Source of the DNA: Promethearchaeota archaeon | GTDB taxonomy: Archaea > Asgardarchaeota > Lokiarchaeia > Sigyniarchaeales > SOKP01 | NCBI GenBank assembly: GCA_016839555.1 | Contig: JAEOUA010000003.1 | Coordinates: 64,001 to 128,000 of the forward strand | Direction of reading: 5' to 3' | DNA: 64,000 bases | Shown: piece after piece, positions 20,740 through 30,070 of the stretch | How the letters are laid out: every line of letters starts with the position of its first letter | Position numbering within the stretch: the stretch's first letter is position 1 | Notes under the pieces: generated by a model | What the model was told of the DNA's origin: nothing | The model's database searches: none | What the model saw: the letters and a program-made list of their open reading frames with translations, nothing else | Made by a program: the position numbers and the translations under genes

Positions 20740-21195
20740 TTAGTGTACCCATTTTTTAGAATGATCCAAGAATTCTTCTCTTTTCCATACCTCAATCTCT
20801 TTTTTATAACGTTCTACAGCTGTTCTTAGCGCATTAAATCCCTCTTCTCTATGAGCAGATGCTACCACCACATATACTAAATCCTCAGATAATTTAAATT
20901 CCCCTTTTAAATGAATTATTTTAATATCAATTATTCCTGGAATTTTTTTTATATCTTCACAAATATGATTAATACTTTTGTTAGCTAATTCCTCATAAGT
21001 ATTTATAGTTAGGAATTTCACAAGTTTTCTTTCTTTGGATGTTTCTCTAACTATGCCATTAAAAGAAAGAATAGCACCCGCTTTTTGTATTTCTGGATTA
21101 CTTTTTAAAGAAGCAATAAGCTTTGGAAAATCAATTTCATTTTTTCTATATATTCCCGATTTAATATGCGAATCCTTCTTCTTATTGTTTTTCAT
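20740..21195 (-). CDS. moaE: Molybdopterin synthase catalytic subunit MoaE
   Basis: GAILSFNGIVR, ASAHREEGF, VWKRE. Confidence 0.92.
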   Translation of the reverse strand: MKNNKKKDSHIKSGIYRKNEIDFPKLIASLKSNPEIQKAGAILSFNGIVRETSKERKLVKFLTINTYEELANKSINHICEDIKKIPGIIDIKIIHLKGEFKLSEDLVYVVVASAHREEGFNALRTAVERYKKEIEVWKREEFLDHSKKWVH

Positions 21196-21200
21196 ATCTG

Positions 21201-21482
21201 TCAGCCTCCAGATACAGGTAATAAAAAAGCTAAAATATCATCCTTTAGTAATAGTTGAGAATTGAGATTGTGATTTTTTATAATGCAATGATTGATGGCA
21301 ACAGAGATTGTGTTTTTAATAGTGTTGGTTTTTTCTTCTAATAATATCTTTTTAAGAAGTGGATATTTTTTTATAAGTTTATTAATTAATTCTCCCAAAG
21401 TTTTTAATTGATTGAGATTAATGTATTCTTCATCTTTGTGAGTAATCGTCTTAAAATCAGCAAAATATAATATTTTTACCAT
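21201..21482 (-). CDS. moaD: MoaD/ThiS ubiquitin-like sulfur carrier
   Basis: KILYFA start, C-terminal PVSGG, adjacent to moaE. Confidence 0.9.
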   Translation of the reverse strand: MVKILYFADFKTITHKDEEYINLNQLKTLGELINKLIKKYPLLKKILLEEKTNTIKNTISVAINHCIIKNHNLNSQLLLKDDILAFLLPVSGG

Positions 21483-21514
21483 TTATAACATTAATCTCCT
21501 ATTTTTATATTTAT

Positions 21515-22432
21515 TCAATAATATGGTTCTCGAGAATCGACTACTTCTCTTATTACTTTCTCAAAATGTTCCAATGAATTAAGATTTAGATCATTTTTTA
21601 TATTTTTTCCCCTATCAGCACGATATAAGCATCCAAATAGATTTCCATCACAGCCCACTCTTAATTTTGTACATCCCATACAAAATTCGTGACTTGGATG
21701 AATAGCTTCTACAATTGCGCCATTTGACAGAAATAAAACTTTTCGGTTTTGCATCAACCCTCTTATTTTCACATCAACAGCTTTTTCTACTAAACTCTTA
21801 ATTATATCTGATAAATCTAAGTGATATTTCACATAGAATTCTTTTTCTTTTCCAATTGCATCTGATCTTGCATGTAATTCTATTAATTGTAGGATATATC
21901 CAGTTTTTGCAGAAAATTCAATGAAATCCTCTAATTCAAGATCATTTAATCCTTTTAACATCACATAGTTTATTTTAATTGGAAATAATCCAACTTCTTT
22001 TGCTTTATTAAGACCTTTTAATACTTTCGATAAAGAATCAGAACCTGTAATTTTTTTATAAACATCTGGTTTTAAGGATGGTAAAGATACATTAATACGG
22101 TTTAATCCAGCTCGAACTAAATCTTCTGCTTTTTCATATAATAAATATCCATTAGTAGTCATTGAAATATCTTTATATAATCCTAAATCACTAACTTGTT
22201 GAATTATTGGAATTATATCTTTTCGACTTAAAGGTTCTCCCCCCGTAAATTTAATTCTTGTCACATTTAATATTTCTGCTAATAAACGGCATATTTTTTT
22301 AATCTCTTCTACTGTCAATTCTGTCGTTTTTGGAATAAAACCTTCATTATCACAATAAATACAATTAAAATTGCATTTATCAGTAACTGAAAATCGAATG
22401 TGCTTAATTTTCCTATTACATTTGTCTTTCAT
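21515..22432 (-). CDS. moaA: GTP 3',8-cyclase MoaA (radical SAM)
   Basis: CNFNCIYC, TGGEPL, TTNG, FCMGCTKLR...GC. Confidence 0.95.
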   Translation of the reverse strand: MKDKCNRKIKHIRFSVTDKCNFNCIYCDNEGFIPKTTELTVEEIKKICRLLAEILNVTRIKFTGGEPLSRKDIIPIIQQVSDLGLYKDISMTTNGYLLYEKAEDLVRAGLNRINVSLPSLKPDVYKKITGSDSLSKVLKGLNKAKEVGLFPIKINYVMLKGLNDLELEDFIEFSAKTGYILQLIELHARSDAIGKEKEFYVKYHLDLSDIIKSLVEKAVDVKIRGLMQNRKVLFLSNGAIVEAIHPSHEFCMGCTKLRVGCDGNLFGCLYRADRGKNIKNDLNLNSLEHFEKVIREVVDSREPYY

Positions 22433-22444
22433 TATTATGCTTGC

Positions 22445-22879
22445 TTATACTTTCTTTAATTTTTCTTCCACTTTAATGTCTTGAATTATAGTAGAGGGGT
22501 ATTGACCATTTTTATCTTTCTCATACATCTTCACGACATCCCATACATTTAAAAGAGCTGCAGAAACTCCTGTTAAGGCCTCCATTTCAACCCCTGTTTT
22601 CGCAATACTTTTTACGATACATGTAGCCTTTATATAGGATTCTTTATCTTCAATTTCAAAATCAATCGAAACATTTGTTATTGGAATTGGATGACAAAGT
22701 AGGATTAAATCCGGAACTTTTTTTACAGCATTTATTCCGGCAATTCTTGCTATTGTCCTCACATCCCCTTTTTGAATATTATTAGTTTTAATTTTATCAA
22801 TTGTGCTTCTTTTTAAAAATATTTTTCCCGATGCTTTGGCTATCCGTTCTATTTTTTTTTTATGGGATATATCAATCAT
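22445..22879 (-). CDS. moaC: Cyclic pyranopterin monophosphate synthase MoaC
   Basis: [28 protein letters not shown]. Confidence 0.95.
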   Translation of the reverse strand: MIDISHKKKIERIAKASGKIFLKRSTIDKIKTNNIQKGDVRTIARIAGINAVKKVPDLILLCHPIPITNVSIDFEIEDKESYIKATCIVKSIAKTGVEMEALTGVSAALLNVWDVVKMYEKDKNGQYPSTIIQDIKVEEKLKKV

Positions 22880-23112
22880 GATTGAAGTGAAATTTTTTTA
22901 TCGTTATATTTTTATATACATCACGTCGTTAGTTAGAGTATAATACCAAATGTAAAAAATATTAACTAATATAAATATAACTAATTTTGATTGATTTATT
23001 TAAATTTAAAATCAAAAAGATAAATTTTTTTTTACAAAATAATATATTATTCTACTTAAATTCAATTCTTACTCGGTAAATTTATAAGAAATTATATAAT
23101 AAGATAAAAATT

Positions 23113-23589
23113 TTATTTAGCAAACCTTCCATCATCCTTCATAAAATTTAATTGATCTAAGTTATTTTTAAGCCATCCTATCTCCGTTTTATCGAGATTA
23201 AATTCTGGTATATACGGTTTTATATCTAATAATGGAGTTTGATCAATAATATCTAAATTCTTTATGAATAAAATATTATCTTCTACTCTAATTAACTTAA
23301 CAACAGATATTCCTATAGGATTTGGTCTGCTTGAAGCATGGGTAGAAAAAACTCCATGTTTTTCTGTATCTAAAAACGGTTTTACTAGTAAAGAAGGGTT
23401 TTTAGAAAGATGAAAATGATAAATTAATATTAAATGTGAAAATCCCTCAAGATCTTTTAAACCTTCCGCATATTCGGGATAAACTATAACCTTTCCTTCA
23501 ATTTCTTTAGATATTGATATTTGAATAGGTGTTCCCTTAGGATTTTTAAAAGGCGAACGGATGATACCAATTGGTTTATAATTTATCAT
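23113..23589 (-). CDS. tsaA: tRNA (N6-threonylcarbamoyladenosine37-N6)-methyltransferase TrmO/TsaA family
   Basis: KPIGIIRSPF, GFSHLILIYHFH, GVFST...RPNPIG, TPLLDIKPY. Confidence 0.88.
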   Translation of the reverse strand: MINYKPIGIIRSPFKNPKGTPIQISISKEIEGKVIVYPEYAEGLKDLEGFSHLILIYHFHLSKNPSLLVKPFLDTEKHGVFSTHASSRPNPIGISVVKLIRVEDNILFIKNLDIIDQTPLLDIKPYIPEFNLDKTEIGWLKNNLDQLNFMKDDGRFAK

Positions 23590-23748
23590 GTCTTTTTGAA
23601 TAGCTATTTTTAATTCAATTTTTTAAAATCAACTAATCTTAAATAAAATAATGGAGCATTATTCAAAAGACATTTTAAATGTTGAACTATAAAAACTTAC
23701 ATGCATTACCAGAAATTAGAAGAATAAGACTTCGATAATTATGGTTAT

Positions 23749-24648
23749 TTATTGTCCAAGAAACGGAAAGATTTGTTTAAAAATAGATAATAAAGAAGGA
23801 ACTTGAGGTAATGGAAGTATCCCATAAATATAGAAAAAAATTAATATAAAAATAATAAGGCAAAACATAATAAAAGCCCAGTCCTTTTTTTTGAATTTGA
23901 CTTCTGTCAGATATGTTCTTTCTTTAGAAATGCCAAAGCAACGATTTTCCATGGAAATTGATGTGATATACCCTTTTCTTAGAATTGATACTAATATCGA
24001 AATAAGTCGTTCAAAAATAAGATTATATGCTTTTTTTACGGTTTTTACTCTTTCTCTTCCAAATCCTCGAGCCTTTTGAGCTAATGCTATTGTTTTTGCC
24101 TCTTTCTCGATTAAAGGAATGTACCTCAAGCCCACCATAAAATTAAAACAATATTTATAGGGGATTTTCAGTTTAATAAGAGAATATACAAAATCTTTCA
24201 TTGATGTAGTATTAGTGAAAACAATTGAAGAGGTGAATAAAGTAATTACAATAAAAAATGCTTTCAAGGCATAATAGACAGCTAATCTTCTTATTGGTAA
24301 AAATTCTAATCCGAATAAATAAAACAATACTTCAGCTTCTTCTTGGGGAATAGCATTAAAAAAGATATTTAATAAGACGCTAACTATCATTACAATAATC
24401 ATGAATCTTAACTTCCTTGCTAAATCTTTTAATGAAATTCCACTCAATAGTGCAATGATAATGAGTGATAATGTAAATATTGAGAAAAAGATAAGACTTT
24501 TAATGAAAAAAATTGTAATCGTTAGCATTAAAATAAAAAAAAATTTTGAGAGAGGATTTAATTTATGAAAGAAGGAATTTCCTGGGTAATAAGCAAATGT
24601 ATATGATTTATTATCTAAAATTTTATTCCTTTTTGTCATTTTATTCAT
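23749..24648 (-). CDS. ecfT: ECF transporter transmembrane T component
   Basis: SFFHKLNP, LRYIP, AQKARG and MENRCF (X-R-G-like coupling motifs). Confidence 0.9.
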   Translation of the reverse strand: MNKMTKRNKILDNKSYTFAYYPGNSFFHKLNPLSKFFFILMLTITIFFIKSLIFFSIFTLSLIIIALLSGISLKDLARKLRFMIIVMIVSVLLNIFFNAIPQEEAEVLFYLFGLEFLPIRRLAVYYALKAFFIVITLFTSSIVFTNTTSMKDFVYSLIKLKIPYKYCFNFMVGLRYIPLIEKEAKTIALAQKARGFGRERVKTVKKAYNLIFERLISILVSILRKGYITSISMENRCFGISKERTYLTEVKFKKKDWAFIMFCLIIFILIFFYIYGILPLPQVPSLLSIFKQIFPFLGQ

Positions 24649-26425
24649 CTCCTGTTTTTTTTTGAATTTGCTTATTTATTTCATTCAGGAGAATAATAGG
24701 TCCTAAATTTCCATGCCTTTTAAAATAGTTTCCGTTAGTGTCATAATCTCTTAAAGTCCCATCATGATTTAATTCAATGATTTTTTTGGTATATTTTAAT
24801 AAAAGATGATAATCATGTGAAGATATTATGATTGTTTTTCCTCTTTTATTTTCAATATACAAAGTCTCAATTAATTCTTCAATAGTATATTGATCCTGCC
24901 CAATAAAGGGCTCATCTAATAAAATGATTTCCGGATTATACACAAATATAGAGCTCAAATTCAATCTTCTTTTTTGGCCCCAACTTAGATTAAACGGGTT
25001 CTTTTCAGGACTTTCATTTCCAATCAATGAGATTAATTTATTAATATATTCCTCTTTAATTTGGTTAAGAATATTAAAATTTTTTGGAGCATATAATATC
25101 TCATCCTTTATAGTGCTTTTAAATATCATGCTCTCTGGGTTTTGGAAAATAAAACCTATTTTTTGGGCATATTCATATTCATCAAAATTTTGAATATTTT
25201 CACCTCGATATAATATCTCACCTGATTTTGGTTCATAAAGGCCTGCCAAAAGGTATAATAATGTTGTTTTGCCCGATCCGTTAGGTCCAACTAATCCTAT
25301 GAAATCTCCTTGTTCGATTTGTAAAGATAAATTCTGTAAGGCAGTGATTCCAGAATTAGGATACTTAAAAGTTAATTTTTTTATTTCCAGATAATTTTTA
25401 GGGATCGTTTTTTGTTTACCAGATGAATGATTTTTTATGCTTTCAATGTATAAATTATCAAATTCAATTAAACGATCAAAATTTTGATATTTTTTCAGAT
25501 AATCGGGATGAATTTCTGTATTAATTAAGACTTTTTTCAATTTTTCCAATTGATTAATACTTAGATTTTGTATTAGATCAATAGCTTCTTGAAAATCTAC
25601 AGGATTTATAATTGATCTATCATATTCATAAAAAGTATTTAGCAACCATGGAACCCGTAAATTACATACTTTTAATTCATTAAAACTATTTCTAAGAATA
25701 TTTGACATTTCTCCATTAAGGGCAATAGTACCGTCATAATTCAAAACTACTATTTTATCCGCAATATCTATTATTCTGGATAATCTATGCTCTATAATTA
25801 TTAAAGTTAAATCATAATTATCAGATTTAATTAATCTTTTTAATCTACCTAACAATAAACTTTCTGATTTTTGATCAAGAAACGCAATGGGCTCATCTAA
25901 AATTAACAATTTTGGGTTCATAACTAAAAATGAACTAAGAATAGTTAATTGCATTTGGCCCCCACTTAATTGATTGATTTCTCTGTCTAAAAGATGAGAA
26001 ATACCTAAAAATTTAGAAATCTCTTTAACGCGCTTCTTTATTTCTGCTTCTGGGTATTTTAAATTTTCAAGACCAAATGCAATTTCATCCTTTACGGTAA
26101 AGGTTACTAGTTGTTCTAAGGGATTTTGTGTCACTAATCCAACTAGTTTATTTAATTCCATGAAATCATAATCCCAGATGCTTTTTCCAAAAATTTGGAC
26201 ATCTCCTTTTGCAAATCCTTTGATTCTCCAAGGAATAAATCCATTAATCGCATATGCAAGAGTTGATTTTCCACTCCCGCTTGGTCCCGCTATAACTAAA
26301 ACCTCCCCTCTATTTAATTGGAAAGTAATATTAGATATAGCGGGTGTATGATCTTTCTCTCTTCCATATATAAATGAAAAATTATTAAAAGAAAGAGCTG
26401 GAATTGAATTTGAATCTAAATTTAT
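24641..26425 (-). CDS. ECF transporter tandem ATPase (two ABC domains); start inferred at ATA 26425
   Basis: First Walker A (GPSGSGKST) is encoded upstream of the first ATG (26161); LSGGQ, LDEP, second GPNGSGKT, LSWGQ. Confidence 0.9.
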   Translation of the reverse strand: MNLDSNSIPALSFNNFSFIYGREKDHTPAISNITFQLNRGEVLVIAGPSGSGKSTLAYAINGFIPWRIKGFAKGDVQIFGKSIWDYDFMELNKLVGLVTQNPLEQLVTFTVKDEIAFGLENLKYPEAEIKKRVKEISKFLGISHLLDREINQLSGGQMQLTILSSFLVMNPKLLILDEPIAFLDQKSESLLLGRLKRLIKSDNYDLTLIIIEHRLSRIIDIADKIVVLNYDGTIALNGEMSNILRNSFNELKVCNLRVPWLLNTFYEYDRSIINPVDFQEAIDLIQNLSINQLEKLKKVLINTEIHPDYLKKYQNFDRLIEFDNLYIESIKNHSSGKQKTIPKNYLEIKKLTFKYPNSGITALQNLSLQIEQGDFIGLVGPNGSGKTTLLYLLAGLYEPKSGEILYRGENIQNFDEYEYAQKIGFIFQNPESMIFKSTIKDEILYAPKNFNILNQIKEEYINKLISLIGNESPEKNPFNLSWGQKRRLNLSSIFVYNPEIILLDEPFIGQDQYTIEELIETLYIENKRGKTIIISSHDYHLLLKYTKKIIELNHDGTLRDYDTNGNYFKRHGNLGPIILLNEINKQIQKKTGDE

Positions 26426-26443
26426 CTTTCACACCTTTATCTT

Positions 26444-27046
26444 TTAAAACGTTGTATGGACCCCTGCTTTGATTAATACATTTGTTACAGCTCGCCCTAA
26501 TAGTCCGACAATAAAAATACCCGAAATAAAAGCATATATAAAAGATAAAACCCAAAGAGTCCAATGTAAATACCATCTCTGATTTAGAACCCAAAAAAAT
26601 GGTGCTTGAAAGAAATTTCCAAACCCGCCGGCAATTCCCCAACCTAAATTGGTTTCTCCTTCCCCTAATTTTTCAATGATAAAAAATCCACTTAGAAGGC
26701 AAAATCCTTCCATTAAATTAACAAATATAATTAATAATCCCCACGGGTCGCCGAATAATAATTCTAATAAGCCTTTCGAAAGCATGGTTATCATAATATT
26801 GGCTTTTTTCTTAGTGAGCCCATAAATGATTGATGCCCAAATAACATGATGTCCACTGATTAATTGAGTGCCCCCAGTCAACGGGTACCAGACCTTTATT
26901 AATAAGCTAAAAGGAATTAAACTTGATATAATTCCACCAAGAACACCAATGATTGTTGAATATAATAAATCAATTGATGTATATTTCTTCCTCGATAACC
27001 CAGTTTCTATGAAGTCTTCATCAAGCTTTTTTGTAATTTCTTCCAT
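26444..27046 (-). CDS. ECF transporter S (substrate-binding) component
   Basis: About 200 aa with ~6 TM segments, directly upstream of the ECF A and T genes. Confidence 0.72.
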   Translation of the reverse strand: MEEITKKLDEDFIETGLSRKKYTSIDLLYSTIIGVLGGIISSLIPFSLLIKVWYPLTGGTQLISGHHVIWASIIYGLTKKKANIMITMLSKGLLELLFGDPWGLLIIFVNLMEGFCLLSGFFIIEKLGEGETNLGWGIAGGFGNFFQAPFFWVLNQRWYLHWTLWVLSFIYAFISGIFIVGLLGRAVTNVLIKAGVHTTF

Positions 27047-27107
27047 ATTTGTTTACCCTAAGATTTTTTTTTTAATATTTTTGTTATTTTTTTTTTAATT
27101 TAAATTT

Positions 27108-27683
27108 CTATTGAATAAGGATAGAGCTTACCATCTTAACACAATATTGAGAACTAAATTCTCCTTCAGGTACAACTGACTGATCTATAACTGATCTAAT
27201 TGGACCATCAGATGTTAATGGAAGTCCATTTTCTTCATAGGCTAAAATTACCGAAGTACTAAAATTTTTGGCAATTATAAGACTAAGTGGTTTTGGCGAA
27301 GCATAGCCATCATATGCATAGAATCGGAATGTAAGCTCTTCAACAGGTCTTGCTAATAAGTCCAATCTATCCAATACACTCCATAAAGTGACTCCAGTAT
27401 AAACTTTAATATATTGGTTATATAAGCGATTCATGATAAGAAATTGTTTATAATAAACTTGTTGAAAAGAGAGAGATTTCAGTTGACTTACAGTAACTAT
27501 TGCTCTTCCTCCTTTAATACCTGTCCCTTCAATGGTTATTGGGGTTAAATCCGGTTGAGTTTGTTGTTGCTGATAAGCTTGATAATCTATATCTAATTCG
27601 ATAAAAGCATAGACATTCAACCAAAAAATACTTAAGCCTATCACCACAGAAGCTATTAAAAGATAGAAATTCCTTGTTTTCAT
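27108..27683 (-). CDS. Membrane-anchored protein with a sulfite-oxidase-type molybdopterin-binding-like domain
   Basis: N-terminal TM; YTGVTLWSVL, AYDGY, ILAYEENGLPL, GPIRSVI, VKMVSSI match the Oxidored_molyb pattern; no Mo-ligand Cys before the GVxL motif. Confidence 0.65.
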   Translation of the reverse strand: MKTRNFYLLIASVVIGLSIFWLNVYAFIELDIDYQAYQQQQTQPDLTPITIEGTGIKGGRAIVTVSQLKSLSFQQVYYKQFLIMNRLYNQYIKVYTGVTLWSVLDRLDLLARPVEELTFRFYAYDGYASPKPLSLIIAKNFSTSVILAYEENGLPLTSDGPIRSVIDQSVVPEGEFSSQYCVKMVSSILIQ

Positions 27684-27856
27684 ATTTTTTCATCTATCTT
27701 TCTTAATTTTTTTGTTATTTATTTGTTATAGATGCACTTATTAATTTATTTTAAGTGATTTTTATAGTAATTCATTAAATATTAAAAAAAAAAATAGTTA
27801 TTATTAAATTAAATTTTCTAGGTTTTTTTGCATTAGCAATTAATATTAATTCTGAG

Positions 27857-29080
27857 CTAAGTAGTAATAGTAATATCAATTCTATATATCATCGAGACGA
27901 AGTGATCTCTAGTTCTGCCGGGAACTATACACGTTAAAGGTCCATGAGCAAGCCTCATCTCCTGCTGCTCAGGCCAAACTGGATTCGTGGGATATGGTTC
28001 ACCAGCCCCTAAATCTATCTCTCCTAATATTCGTTGGGAATAGGCTAATATGATAGGTTTGCCATCATTAATTCCTGCTGGTAAGGGTACTCCGTCAGGA
28101 TTTGCTACTGATTCATTTACATAGTCCCAATATGTTGAATTAAATGCCAATCCCTCATAAATTTCTGTTGTGTTAAACCCTGGATCTTTCGATCTTCCAG
28201 AAGGAGCTGCCCACCCATCGGCAGCAACTACTTTTACCTCGAAATAAACAGAATCATTCATCCCAGCCCAATCACAGATTAAGGAAAGATTTATCCCTAT
28301 GACTTCTCTATTATAGTTCCAAAAATCACTACGATCATAAGAATAATTATAAACTTTTTGGTTACTCACATCTGTAAAATTGCTAGGTTCAAGTGTTAAT
28401 TTTGATACACCATCAACATATACTTCCAATGTCCAATACGTATCAATTTTTATTTCTTTAAGATTTTTTAGTTGAAATATCCTTCCAGCTGATGCTAGCG
28501 TAAAATTACCCCATGGCTCATCTTCATTTGCTAAAGGAGAGTCTTGTAACCATTTTTTATCTGCTGCAAGCACAATAATAACATCTTCTTCATAATTTTC
28601 GATTTTATTCAATAATTCTACGGCGGTTATATCTTCTTCCATCGGATCCAAATATTTATCAAGATTATGAGAAATGAATGTGATTTCCCCCGGATAAGAA
28701 ATATTAAATTTATCTAATAGATCGGTTAAATAAATGCCAGTTAGAGGAATTCCTGATTGTTGATCAAATATTGAAGTAATTCCGATACCTGTATCAATGT
28801 CATATTTTTCAGCGTCCAGCCCTTTTTCCACTTGTTTTAATATATCCCCAAGTGTAATATTTATAGAATCACCCGTTTGATTAGTGAGAATGATTTTTGA
28901 TGAATTTGGAGCAGTAGACCAATCATCAGGAAGTCCAGATTGATAGGTGGTTAGAACTGTTCGCACGCCACTAAGGTCTATAGTTGTAGGTTCTTCTGAA
29001 AGAAGCACATACCCTAAACCCCCTCCCAAGCTCACCAGAGCAATAATTAATACTCCAATTATTCCATCTTTTAGTTCCAT
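27857..29080 (-). CDS. Acidic membrane-anchored protein with two molybdopterin-binding-like domains
   Basis: N-terminal TM; TGIYLTDLL...WGNFTL...LKNLKEIKI and GINLSLIC...AADGW...ILAYSQ...HGPLTCIVPG...VSMIYRIDI. Confidence 0.55.
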   Translation of the reverse strand: MELKDGIIGVLIIALVSLGGGLGYVLLSEEPTTIDLSGVRTVLTTYQSGLPDDWSTAPNSSKIILTNQTGDSINITLGDILKQVEKGLDAEKYDIDTGIGITSIFDQQSGIPLTGIYLTDLLDKFNISYPGEITFISHNLDKYLDPMEEDITAVELLNKIENYEEDVIIVLAADKKWLQDSPLANEDEPWGNFTLASAGRIFQLKNLKEIKIDTYWTLEVYVDGVSKLTLEPSNFTDVSNQKVYNYSYDRSDFWNYNREVIGINLSLICDWAGMNDSVYFEVKVVAADGWAAPSGRSKDPGFNTTEIYEGLAFNSTYWDYVNESVANPDGVPLPAGINDGKPIILAYSQRILGEIDLGAGEPYPTNPVWPEQQEMRLAHGPLTCIVPGRTRDHFVSMIYRIDITITT

Positions 29081-29335
29081 ATTATCACATAAAATTTTTA
29101 TATAAATTTTGGTAGTAAATAATATTTGCGAGTATAAAAGTGTTATGTATGACTGACCATATCGTCTAAGAAAAAATTAATTTTAATCGTTTTTCAAGAG
29201 CTATAAATAGAAAATAAATAAGTCTATTATTATTTCTGAAATTAAAAAAAATAATGTCTAAAAGATAAATAAAAGTAAAAACAAAAATATAAAATACTTG
29301 AAGAATGGGATATTTAGTAGTAGATTTTATCCTTT

Positions 29336-30070
29336 CTAGATACTTATATCTCCTGTATTTTCATTAAATTTAATAACCCCTTTAACAGAAAGTTGTTTCA
29401 AGGTGCGTTGTGCCATTATTGGAGGTACTGTAAGTTGTCCTTTCAAATCATCTAAGTTTGCTTCTCCTCCTTTCATTAAAATTGTGGCGATAATGTCAAC
29501 TTCGGGGAAGTCTTGGTCGCTAAACTCAATCAAAAAGGAGCTAAAAAAGTTACGCCTCTGTGTATCTTTTAATTTAGCGTCTAAATCTTCAAATTTATCC
29601 TCAGAATACATATCTTTTATTTTCTTCTCTTTTTGCTCAATATTGAGTAAATCTTCGTCTAATTTCGCTTTTTCTTCTTCTTTTTTACTAATCTTTTCAT
29701 TTTTTGTTGCCAAATTAGAATTAAGAGTTTCTAATTCGAATTCTGGCTTCTTAATCTCGTCTCTATTACGCTCCAGCGTTCCATTAAGCTCAATTATTTT
29801 TGAGTTCAATTCCTCTTTTTGTTGATTTAATGTTTCAATAGTAGTATCTAATTCTGCAGCTTGTGTATTTAATTCGGCGATATTTGCATTCTGATTTCGA
29901 ATAGTTTCATTTAATTCCTCCATCTGATCTTGCTCTTCCTTGATTTTCTGCCATAGATTGGTTAGATTTTGAAGTATTTCATCCATATTTTTATTAAAGG
30001 ATTGTTGAAAGGTATCAAAGGTATTTTCAAAGGTTTCTATTAACTTTAAAATTTCTTTTGGCGAACTCAT
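29336..30070 (-). CDS. Long coiled-coil protein with C-terminal winged-helix-like domain
   Basis: About 170 aa of heptad E/K/L/N-rich sequence, then EVDIIATILMKGGEANLDDLK...PPIMAQRTLKQLSVKGVIKFNE. Confidence 0.65.
   Translation of the reverse strand: MSSPKEILKLIETFENTFDTFQQSFNKNMDEILQNLTNLWQKIKEEQDQMEELNETIRNQNANIAELNTQAAELDTTIETLNQQKEELNSKIIELNGTLERNRDEIKKPEFELETLNSNLATKNEKISKKEEEKAKLDEDLLNIEQKEKKIKDMYSEDKFEDLDAKLKDTQRRNFFSSFLIEFSDQDFPEVDIIATILMKGGEANLDDLKGQLTVPPIMAQRTLKQLSVKGVIKFNENTGDISI

Noticed and set aside
16625-26431. TGA read-through (selenocysteine or recoding) explaining the missing starts
   Set aside because: The TGAs lie outside the homologous regions, the moeA case is bounded by TAA, and TGA ends ordinary genes here (e.g. 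983, 3681).
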